Below are positions 1 to 7,555 of a stretch of 37,693 nt of DNA, one piece after another. This DNA comes from an uncultured delta proteobacterium (lineage in GTDB: Bacteria > Desulfobacterota > Syntrophia > Syntrophales > UBA2192). Every line of letters begins with the position of its first letter. Within the stretch, counting starts at the first letter, position 1. The notes beneath the pieces were generated by a model, which did not search any database, was not told the origin of the DNA, and saw nothing but the letters and a program-made list of their open reading frames with translations. Made by a program: the position numbers and the translations under genes. Where the stretch lies: the NCBI GenBank assembly GCA_963705165.1, contig CAVPJD010000005.1, forward strand, positions 1 to 37,693, written 5' to 3'.

Positions 1-43
1 CACACGGTAGAAGTCACTGGTTCAATCCCAGTACCGCCTACCA
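1..43 (+). tRNA. tRNA-Val(CAC), 3' half (5' part outside window)
   Basis: Reads CAC-AC (anticodon plus positions 37/38), GGTAG anticodon stem, AAGTC variable loop, ACTGG-TTCAATC-CCAGT T arm, ACCGCCT acceptor strand, discriminator A and encoded CCA ending at 43. Confidence 0.85.
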
Positions 44-56
44 TTCAAAAAAGCAG

Positions 57-82
57 GGCAGCCAATACAGGCTGCCTTTTTT
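57..82 (+). terminator. Rho-independent terminator after the tRNA
   Basis: GGCAGCC-aataca-GGCTGCC stem followed by a T run. Confidence 0.8.
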
Positions 83-129
83 CATTCCTCGGAAACCCGA
101 CCGGCCGTCTCCCTCCCCCTACATATCCC

Positions 130-158
130 TTGACACGGGCCCCGCAACACATGACACT
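130..158 (+). promoter_or_regulatory. Putative sigma70 promoter for amrS
   Basis: Perfect TTGACA (130-135), 17-nt spacer, GACACT (153-158). Confidence 0.5.
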
Positions 159-164
159 TAGCCT

Positions 165-1334
165 ATGATCTCCCGGCGCGAATTCATGCAGGCCCTGGCC
201 CGGCTGGCACCGGTGCTGGGCGTCTCGGGGCTGATCCTTTCGGAGCCCGCCCTGCTCAGGGCCCTTCCGGATATCCTGGATGGGGCCGCTTTTGCGGGGG
301 AGAGGACCGATGAGCTGATCCGCGCGGCCCCGCGGGCCCGGTTCTGGTCGGCAGCCGCGAAGGGCCGCGTCCAATGCCACCTGTGCGCCCGCGGGTGCCT
401 CCTGGCCGAAGGAGAGCGCGGCCAGTGCCGCTCGAGGATGAACGCGGGCGGCGAGATGAAGAGCCTCGTCTACGGCCGGCCCGTCTCGGTCCACGTGGAC
501 CCCATCGAGAAAAAGCCCTTCTACCACTTCATGCCCGGCTCCCAGGCCTACTCCATCGGCACGACGGGCTGCCCCCTGCGCTGCAAATTCTGCCAGAACT
601 GGCAGACCTCGCAAGCCTCGCCGGAAGATTACCGCGTCCGCTTCACCCCTCCCGGCGACCTTGTCGAATCGGTCCGCTCCCGCAAGGCACCCGTCATCGC
701 CTACACCTACAACGAGCCTCTCGTGTTCACGGAGTATCTGCTCGACATCGCCAGCGCCGCGCGAATGAGGGGTATCCGCTCGGTGATGGTAACCTGCGGC
801 TACATGGCAGAAGCCCCCCTCGCGGAGATGTGCAAGGCGCTCGATGCCGTCAAGGTCGACCTGAAGGGATACAGCGAGAGCTTCTACCGGGATGCCTGCG
901 GCGCCGAATTGAAGCCCGTGCTCCGGACGATCAAGCAGATCGCAAAGAGCCGCGTGCACCTGGAGATTGTGAATCTCGTCGTCCCGACCCTCAATGATTC
1001 GGACACGATGATCGCCGATCTTTGCGACTGGGTCATGGGGGAGTTGGGCCCTGAAGTTCCCCTTCACTTCTCACGGTTCCGACCGGACTATCAGATGCCT
1101 CACCTGCCGCCCACACCCACGGCAACGCTCGAGCGGGCCCGGTCGTTCGCCATGGCCCGCGGAATCCGTTACGTCTATGTGGGCAACGTACCTGGCCACC
1201 CTGGCAACAACACCCACTGCCCGTCCTGCAAAAAAGAGGTGATCCGCAGGACGCAATTCTTCGTTGAAGGTTCGAACATCAAGAACGGCAAGTGCGGGTT
1301 CTGCGGCAAGAAGATCTCGGGAGTCTTTGCGTAA
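165..1334 (+). CDS. amrS: AmmeMemoRadiSam system radical SAM enzyme with Tat-like N-terminal signal
   Basis: CxxxCxxC motif (GCPLRCKFCQNW), N-terminal CHLC..C..C cluster, DPIEKKPFYHF, YTYNEP, PLHFSRFRPDY, YVYVGNVPG and C-terminal CPSC..CGFC. N-terminus SRREFMQ plus a hydrophobic stretch. Adjacent to a Memo/AMMECR1 gene. Confidence 0.9.
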   Translation: MISRREFMQALARLAPVLGVSGLILSEPALLRALPDILDGAAFAGERTDELIRAAPRARFWSAAAKGRVQCHLCARGCLLAEGERGQCRSRMNAGGEMKSLVYGRPVSVHVDPIEKKPFYHFMPGSQAYSIGTTGCPLRCKFCQNWQTSQASPEDYRVRFTPPGDLVESVRSRKAPVIAYTYNEPLVFTEYLLDIASAARMRGIRSVMVTCGYMAEAPLAEMCKALDAVKVDLKGYSESFYRDACGAELKPVLRTIKQIAKSRVHLEIVNLVVPTLNDSDTMIADLCDWVMGELGPEVPLHFSRFRPDYQMPHLPPTPTATLERARSFAMARGIRYVYVGNVPGHPGNNTHCPSCKKEVIRRTQFFVEGSNIKNGKCGFCGKKISGVFA

Positions 1335-1579
1335 GCGCAGTACGCGGTGATCAGTGACCAGTGGACAGTGGAAGAGAAAAAAAGTGCCGGTGTCAAGTGC
1401 CTGAGTGTCTGAGTGAAGAAATAGAAAAATAGTCATTGCGAGCAGAGCCTCGGAGGCTGTTGGCAATCCACGATGTTGTGCTGTTGGTTGTTGGTCCTCC
1501 GTTGCTGGCTGGCTTCTTTTCGGGACACGGATATCGGATGACAGGATCAAGACCGGAGGACATTGTCTGTGAGGTGATC

Positions 1580-3124
1580 ATGAACGAAAGACGGATGTGG
1601 CTGATTCTGTTGATCCCGCTGCTTCTCTTCCCGGCGGGTTGCCAGGCTGCGGAAAAGACGGATGGCACGATACGGCAGCCGGCTGTCGCGGGCAGGTTCT
1701 ACCCGGAGGCGGCCCCCGCGTTGCGGCTCGCCGTCGAGAAGTACATGCAGGAGGCCCTGCCGCCCGCGGCGAAGGACCCCGTCGCCATCATCGTCCCCCA
1801 CGCCGGCTACGTCTTCTCGGGCCAGATCTGCGCCGACGGGTTCAACCAGGTCCGCGGGCGCCCATACGACACCGTGGTGATCCTGGGAACAAACCACACG
1901 AGTTCCGCCTTCCGCAAAGTGGGGATCTACCCCGGAGCGGGATTCCAGACACCCCTCGGAGCAGCCGCAATCGACAGCAGCATCGTCGAGGCCCTCCTGG
2001 CCGAATGCCCGGACTGCACCCTCGACGCATCGATCCACGCGAGAGAGCATTCCATCGAGGTCGTCGTTCCCTTCGTGCAGGTCCTTTTCCCCGGTGCGAA
2101 AATCGTCCCGGCCATCGTGGGCGAGGCGGATGTGGAAATCTGCGAACGATTCGGCAAAGCCCTCGCCAAGATTCTCAAGGGCCGCAATGCCCTGATCGTG
2201 GCAAGCACCGATCTATCCCACTACCCCTCGGCCGCAAATGCCTCCATGGTGGACCGCCAGACTCTCCAGGCCATCCTCCCGCTCGATCTTGCGAGCTTCC
2301 ACGCCGTCGCCCACGCGGCATCGGATCGCAACATCCGCGGCCTTTCCACGCGGGCCTGCGGAGAGGCGCCCGTCATGGCGGCCATGGCTGCGGCCAAGGC
2401 GCTCGGCGCCACAGGCGGCATCCTGGTGAGCTACGCCCACTCCGGCGAGACGGTTCTCGGCGATCGCGGCCAGGTGGTGGGCTACGGCGCCGTGGCCCTG
2501 GCCTCCGGAAAAACGGGGGCAGGCGATGCAACGCCGTCCGCCCTGCCAACCAGCGGCAAAAGCGCATCCCTGAACGCATCGGACCGCGAACGGCTTCTGA
2601 CACTCGCGCGCGACACGATCGAGAGGTTCCTGACGACGAAGACGGCCCCCCTGGCACGAAACCCCTCCCCTGCCCTCGAGCAGACAAGGGGCATGTTTGT
2701 GACGCTGAACAAGCGCGGGGAGCTTCGCGGCTGCATCGGCGAGATCGTGCCCGAAAAGCCCCTCTACCAGCTCGTCGGGGCGGTGGCCCTGAAATCGGCC
2801 CTGGAAGACCCGCGGTTCAGGCCGCTCCGTCATGACGAGATGAAGGACATCGAGATCGAGATCTCGGTTCTCACGCCCGCAGCGCCTGTTGCCGGGGCGG
2901 AGGACATCGTCGTGGGGCGCGACGGCGTCATCGTGAAAAAGGACGGCCGCTCGGCCATTTTCCTGCCCCAGGTGGCAACCGGGCAGGGTTGGGGGCGCGA
3001 CGAGATGCTTGACCAGCTGTGCCTGAAGGCGGGGCTGCCTGCCGGCAGCTGGAAGAAAGGCGCGCAGGTTCTCACATTCCAGGCGGAAGTTTTCAGCGAG
3101 ACGGACTTCAAGACAGGCCGATGA
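1580..3124 (+). CDS. amrB: Fused AmmeMemoRadiSam protein B (Memo-like) and protein A (AMMECR1), with signal peptide/possible lipobox
   Basis: Start moved to ATG 1580 behind GAGGTG. Memo motifs AVAGRFYP, PHAGYVFSG, EHSIEV, STDLSHY, CG, VVGY. AMMECR1 motifs FVTL..GELRGCIG, DPRF, EISVLT, FLPQVA, LCLKAGL. Confidence 0.9.
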   Translation: MNERRMWLILLIPLLLFPAGCQAAEKTDGTIRQPAVAGRFYPEAAPALRLAVEKYMQEALPPAAKDPVAIIVPHAGYVFSGQICADGFNQVRGRPYDTVVILGTNHTSSAFRKVGIYPGAGFQTPLGAAAIDSSIVEALLAECPDCTLDASIHAREHSIEVVVPFVQVLFPGAKIVPAIVGEADVEICERFGKALAKILKGRNALIVASTDLSHYPSAANASMVDRQTLQAILPLDLASFHAVAHAASDRNIRGLSTRACGEAPVMAAMAAAKALGATGGILVSYAHSGETVLGDRGQVVGYGAVALASGKTGAGDATPSALPTSGKSASLNASDRERLLTLARDTIERFLTTKTAPLARNPSPALEQTRGMFVTLNKRGELRGCIGEIVPEKPLYQLVGAVALKSALEDPRFRPLRHDEMKDIEIEISVLTPAAPVAGAEDIVVGRDGVIVKKDGRSAIFLPQVATGQGWGRDEMLDQLCLKAGLPAGSWKKGAQVLTFQAEVFSETDFKTGR

Positions 3125-5283
3125 CCGCCATTCTCTTCATCGTCGGACTCATCTCGATTCTGGGCCAGGTGGTCCTCCTGCGGGAGCTCAACGTGGCCTC
3201 CTTCGGCGTCGAGCTCGTCTATATCCTCGCGCTCGGTTTCTGGCTTGCGGCAACGGCGCTGGGCGCCCTGTCGTGCCGGTCATCCCGAGCGACCCGGCCG
3301 GGCCTGCTCACCATCCCGCTGCTTTTGTTCGCAGCCCTTCTCCCCCTCGCCGTGGCGTTTGCCCGGGGAAGCCGGGTCCTCGCCGGAGGCGTTCCCGGGG
3401 CTTACCTCCCGTTCGGCGAGCAGATCGTCACGATCGGGATCACCCTCCTGCCGGCCGGTTTTCTCACGGGATGGCTCTTCCGCAGGGCGGCGGGCCTCTT
3501 CGTGTCCGAGGGCAGGACCGTTGCAGCGGCCTACGCCATCGAAAGCGCAGGGGGGATCGCCGGCGGCCTCCTGTCGTCGCTCGGCCTGCACTGGGGGGTA
3601 CAGAACTTCGTCCTGGCCTTGACGGGCTCGCTCATCGCCGCGGCGGCACCCCTGCTGATCACGGCCGGCGCCCGGCAAAGCCGAAGCAGGCTCCCGGCCG
3701 TCACCCTTTGCGCCATCCTTCTGCTTTGTCTCTTCCAGGCCCCCGCACTCGACGACTGGATGACGCGATGGAACCACCCGTCCCTGCTGGAAAGCAGGGA
3801 TACGCCCTATGGACGGATCAGTATCACTCAGCGTGAGGCACAGGTCTCGGTGTTCATGAATAACGCCCTCGCCTTCGAGACCGAGGGAACCGAGGCGGAG
3901 CACTTCGCCCACCTGGCAGCCCTCCAGCACCTCCGGCCCGAACGCATCCTCATCCTGGGCGGCGGGATCGAGGGGACGGTGGCTGAAGTGCTGAAGCACG
4001 GCCCTGTTGCCGTCGACTATGTCGAGATCGACCCCGCCATGCTCGGCACCGTCAGGGAGCATCTTTCCCTGCAGAGGCAGGAGCCTCTCGGCAAGCCCGG
4101 CGTCAGGATCATCACGGACGACCCCCGGCGGTTCCTGCAAGAGGAGGGCCGGTACGATCTCATCCTCATCGGCATGCCCGAGCCATCCTCGGGACAGGCC
4201 AACCGGTTCTACACCCTGGAGTTCTTCAAGCTGTGCCGCGACCGGCTGAAACCGGACGGGATCGTCGCCCTGCGGATCCAGGCGGCCGAAAACAGCTGGA
4301 CGCCGCAGATGACGGAGCGGGCGCTGAGCATCCGCGGCGCGCTCTTCTCCGTCTTCGGAAACGTCCTCATCATCCCCGGGGATACGGACGTGGTGACGGC
4401 ATCATTGGTGTCTCTGCCGAGCGACCCGGAGGTCCTGATCGAGCGGCTCCGCTCACGCGGGATTCGAAGCCGCCTGGTCTCGGAGCCCTTCATCCGGTAT
4501 CTCCTGACCAACGACCGGTTCTCCGAGGTCGGCGAAACGGTGCGCACGCGCACGGCCCCCCTGAACACCGATCAGCGGCCCATCTGCTATCAAATCACGT
4601 CCCTGCTGTGGCTGTCGAAATTTTACCCGGCCCTGACCGGTCTGAGTCTCGGGGAAGTCGAGAGCCTCATGAAAGCAAATTGGACATGGATCGCAGCGGC
4701 GTCAGGCATGCTGCTGATCCTCTTTTTCATCGCCCGCGTGAGACCCTCCTGGCGCGGGACTCTTCTCGTGGGGTTTGCGGGGTTTGCCGGCATGGTTCTG
4801 GAGACGGTGCTGATCCTGCAATACCAGACCCGTCACGGCGTCCTCTACCGCGACCTGGGGATCCTCATCACGGCCTTCATGCTCGGCCTGACTGCCGGCG
4901 CCTTCCTCGTAGCCGCAGTGGCCCGCGGCAAGAGCCCGTACCGTGCACTCGCCCGGAAATGGGGAATCGGCTTTGTCGCAGGCTTCATGCTCCTCGGGAC
5001 CCTTGCCTTCTTCCGGGCCCGAATCGGCCTGATTACGGATCTTGCCGAAACGGCGGGTCTGCTCGCAGCGGTGGGCCTTCTCGTGGCGGGCGTCTTTGCC
5101 TATGCAAGCTTCAGGAGGGTGCCGGACCCGGAAAAGTTGATCTCGCCCCTCTATGCTGCAGATCTCTTCGGCGGCTGCCTCGGCTCCATTGCCGCGAGCC
5201 TCTTCATGGTGCCGCTCATCGGCATGGACATGACGGCAGCCGCGATGGTCGGACTTGCGCTGCTTGCGCTGCTGCTGATCTAG
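3121..5283 (+). CDS. Fused MFS-like membrane protein / spermidine-synthase-like SAM-binding domain
   Basis: ATGA overlap with the upstream stop. About 7 TM, a soluble class I methyltransferase-fold domain (ILILGGGIEG, VDYVEIDP, YDLILI, FYTLEFF..LKPDG), then about 7 TM. Confidence 0.8.
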   Translation: MTAILFIVGLISILGQVVLLRELNVASFGVELVYILALGFWLAATALGALSCRSSRATRPGLLTIPLLLFAALLPLAVAFARGSRVLAGGVPGAYLPFGEQIVTIGITLLPAGFLTGWLFRRAAGLFVSEGRTVAAAYAIESAGGIAGGLLSSLGLHWGVQNFVLALTGSLIAAAAPLLITAGARQSRSRLPAVTLCAILLLCLFQAPALDDWMTRWNHPSLLESRDTPYGRISITQREAQVSVFMNNALAFETEGTEAEHFAHLAALQHLRPERILILGGGIEGTVAEVLKHGPVAVDYVEIDPAMLGTVREHLSLQRQEPLGKPGVRIITDDPRRFLQEEGRYDLILIGMPEPSSGQANRFYTLEFFKLCRDRLKPDGIVALRIQAAENSWTPQMTERALSIRGALFSVFGNVLIIPGDTDVVTASLVSLPSDPEVLIERLRSRGIRSRLVSEPFIRYLLTNDRFSEVGETVRTRTAPLNTDQRPICYQITSLLWLSKFYPALTGLSLGEVESLMKANWTWIAAASGMLLILFFIARVRPSWRGTLLVGFAGFAGMVLETVLILQYQTRHGVLYRDLGILITAFMLGLTAGAFLVAAVARGKSPYRALARKWGIGFVAGFMLLGTLAFFRARIGLITDLAETAGLLAAVGLLVAGVFAYASFRRVPDPEKLISPLYAADLFGGCLGSIAASLFMVPLIGMDMTAAAMVGLALLALLLI

Positions 5284-5324
5284 TGACAGGTGCAAGAGAT
5301 AGAGGGGACCAGGGACGAGGGGGT

Positions 5325-5369
5325 AGGGACGAAAAATAGTGTTTGAGTGTTTAAGTGTCTGAGTGAAGA
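5325..5369 (+). repeat. Left copy of a ~45-53 bp inverted repeat containing GT(C/T)T(G/A)AGT octamers
   Basis: Matches the reverse complement of 6398-6450 apart from one octamer unit and one substitution. A related octamer array occurs at ~1390-1419. Confidence 0.85.
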
Positions 5370-5402
5370 TAAAGAGAAGAAGGGCTTCGGTTATGCGAGC
5401 AT

Positions 5403-5486
5403 GTCATTGCGAGGAGGCTCTCCGGGCCGACGCGGCAATCCCATCGAAAGGCGAGATTGCTTCGTCACTTCGTTCATCGCAATGAC
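5403..5486. repeat. Palindromic element with GTCATTGCGA...TCGCAATGAC termini (RPE/REP-like)
   Basis: Perfect 10-bp terminal inverted repeat with an internal GCAATC...GATTGC stem. Confidence 0.8.
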
Positions 5487-5566
5487 GAACATATGGATAT
5501 TGCGACATTCCCATTACCCAATTACCCAATTCCCAGTCTCGGCCGCGACGCGGCCGTGTACCGGAC

Positions 5567-5620
5567 AAAAGTTACATTTTCGAACTATGCAACAGGGAGA
5601 AGTACGAAAGTGTAACTTTT
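5567..5620. promoter_or_regulatory. Putative enhancer-binding-protein UAS (20-bp inverted repeat)
   Basis: AAAAGTTACATTTTCGAACT (5567-5586) and AGTACGAAAGTGTAACTTTT (5601-5620) match 18/20 as an inverted repeat, roughly 80-130 bp upstream of a sigma54 motif. Confidence 0.6.
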
Positions 5621-5695
5621 TCACGAAGGCCTTCATTTCCCACAATATATTAATCCAACATTACAATGACTTACAAAATCGCACGCTTTCATCCA

Positions 5696-5711
5696 GGGCA
5701 CGCCTTTTGCT
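5696..5711 (+). promoter_or_regulatory. Sigma54 (-24/-12) promoter
   Basis: gGGCACG-cctt-TTGCt fits the consensus TGGCACG-N4-TTGC(A/T) with exact spacing. Confidence 0.75.
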
Positions 5712-5776
5712 CACTCCTCTTTACAGGGGCAGCGGGATCTTTTCCGCTGACCACCCTGAAAGGAGGGATGAGGCGC

Positions 5777-6163
5777 ATGTTGATCCGATTGGCTGATACA
5801 AGCTGGGGGCCGCAGTTTTTTGTCCCGACCATTTCGATCAAGCACTACTCCGGGCGCGTGCTTCTGAGAGAAAGTCTGGATGACGATCTGCTGAAAAAGG
5901 AACTGGAGGCGATGAACATCGAAGGGCGCCCCGTCGGTTTCACCAACGCCTGGTACATCCGGAAGAAAGGGACGCAGACGTGGATCAAGGTCGGAGAGTC
6001 GACGGCACGGGAACACGATTTCGGCATTCGCCTGGACACGACGGAGCTCGAAAACGGAGCCTACCAGGTCCTCGGGTTCATGAGCGCGAAAGTCAAGACC
6101 GATGACATGAAGGAGATCATCGTCTCGAGGCAGAACATCGCGGATTTTGAAATCAGGAATTGA
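5777..6163 (+). CDS. Hypothetical protein (~128 aa), C-terminal half Ig/Big-like
   Basis: AGGAGG at 5761-5766 before ATG 5777. Normal protein composition. WIKVG..F.IRLDTTELENGAYQV resembles a beta-sandwich pattern. Confidence 0.75.
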   Translation: MLIRLADTSWGPQFFVPTISIKHYSGRVLLRESLDDDLLKKELEAMNIEGRPVGFTNAWYIRKKGTQTWIKVGESTAREHDFGIRLDTTELENGAYQVLGFMSAKVKTDDMKEIIVSRQNIADFEIRN

Positions 6164-6172
6164 ACTGCGACG

Positions 6173-6244
6173 GGGTCTATCCGGTCTGTCCGTCTATCAA
6201 AGATGGTCTATTCAGTCTGTCCGGTCTATCCCGTCTATTCCGTC
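6173..6244 (+). repeat. Degenerate 9-bp tandem repeat (GTCTATCCG-like)
   Basis: gtctatccg gtctgtcc gtctatc...gtctattca gtctgtccg gtctatccc gtctattcc directly after the stop codon. Confidence 0.75.
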
Positions 6245-6280
6245 AGGAGGAAAAGACTATTAACTCGCTCGGTCTGTCTG

Positions 6281-6384
6281 GTCATTGCTAGAAACGCAGT
6301 GACGAATCAATCTTCGTTATAAGAATCTACGCGAGGATCTCAAACGTGGATCGCCACACCTCACGAGGCTCGGCTCGCGATGAC
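6281..6384 (-). repeat. ~100-bp palindromic element, inverted paralogue of 36574-36673
   Basis: GTCAT...ATGAC termini. The 22-nt core at 6336-6357 is the exact reverse complement of 36601-36622. Confidence 0.85.
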
Positions 6385-6397
6385 CGTCTTTCTTATG

Positions 6398-6450
6398 TCT
6401 TCACTCAGACACTTAGACACTCAAACACTCAGACACTATTTTTCGTCCCT
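6398..6450 (-). repeat. Right copy of the inverted repeat pairing with 5325-5369
   Basis: Reverse complement reads AGGGACGAAAAATAGT-(octamer)x4-GAAGA. Confidence 0.85.
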
Positions 6451-7435
6451 GGCCCCTTCTTTTTCGCGCATCTGCTGCAGCGCTTGCTTCCGCCCGGCGC
6501 GGTCCGGCAATAAAAATTGTTTCGCAATCGGGACACCTCCGCAGTTTATCCCGATTGCCCGGCGCCTTGAGGAATTCGACAAGGGCAAAGACGAGGACGT
6601 TGTGGTAGTACTCGTCGGCAAGGCCCGCGCGCTCCGTAAAGTAGCTCTCCTCGAAAAAAGGTTTTTCGTAAATAGCCCCATCCCCGCTTACGGCCAGCTC
6701 CCGCCTGTTGACCATGTTGTAGACCTGCAGCAGATCCAGAAGCGTCTGGTTCCGGGACAGGTCCCGGGCATCCATGATCTCCCCGAGTATCATCCTCCAG
6801 CGCTCGAGAAGCTCGGCAAGTACCTCCTGCTCGGCCTTGATCCTGCTGTGGTACGCCGCCATCTTCTGCGCCTCGTGCGTCCTCTCGGGAGGAAGGGCGC
6901 GCCGGATCGTCAGGATCCGATCCCCCCATTCGACAAACTCTTCCATGCGGGCAAGAAGATTCTCCTTCACTTCGTCCATGTCCGTCGAGAGCGGGGCCCG
7001 CTCGTCGAACATCTCCGAAACCGCCTCCCGCCACACGTTTCCCTCCGCGCCGACGGGAACCCGGAAGACATCCTCCTCGTAAGGGTCTTCATTGTCCCAC
7101 TTGGGCTCCAGGGGCTGGACCTTGAAGGTCAGCACCCGATTTCCGTCATAGTCATAGGACGCAAGCGAAATGTTGCAGGGCAGGTTGTTGATGACCGAAA
7201 GCAGCCTGCGCTCCTCGAGCAGGAGGTCCACCAGCTCCCGGTCGCCCGCCGACAGGGAATCCTCGAAGAGCTTCAGGGTCGGGTAGCGGCCGAGGGCCTG
7301 ATCCAGGAATCCGTGCCCGAAACTGAATGCTGCTGCGGCGCCCCGGATAAATACGGTGCCGGCCTCCTCCGCCGTCGAAGCATTCACGAAGTCAACGACC
7401 AGTTTTCCGAAATGCTGATCCTGCTTTCCCTTCAT
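6413..7435 (-). CDS. Hypothetical protein with C-terminal (CGNR-like) zinc-finger start; 3' end possibly frameshifted
   Basis: GGGGAG RBS. Acidic helical protein ending LRRCPDCETIFIA. A second CxxC is present in another frame. Confidence 0.75.
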   Translation of the reverse strand: MKGKQDQHFGKLVVDFVNASTAEEAGTVFIRGAAAAFSFGHGFLDQALGRYPTLKLFEDSLSAGDRELVDLLLEERRLLSVINNLPCNISLASYDYDGNRVLTFKVQPLEPKWDNEDPYEEDVFRVPVGAEGNVWREAVSEMFDERAPLSTDMDEVKENLLARMEEFVEWGDRILTIRRALPPERTHEAQKMAAYHSRIKAEQEVLAELLERWRMILGEIMDARDLSRNQTLLDLLQVYNMVNRRELAVSGDGAIYEKPFFEESYFTERAGLADEYYHNVLVFALVEFLKAPGNRDKLRRCPDCETIFIAGPRRAEASAAADARKRRGQGRKIVSECLSV

Positions 7436-7555
7436 GCAAGTCTCCCCGAGAGTGATCGATGAGGTCCGAAAATAACCAAACGCCTGCCTGTTTTCAAGGA
7501 AAAATATTCCTTTTTTCCTTGAAAGAAACGGGATTCAGAGATAACAGAGTGAACC

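Noticed and set aside
1436..1579. Extended N-termini given by the ORF track (amrB-amrA, 3019, 5666, folK, dapB, dapA, 28236)
   Set aside because: The extensions run through repeats or upstream genes; downstream starts have RBS or overlap support.
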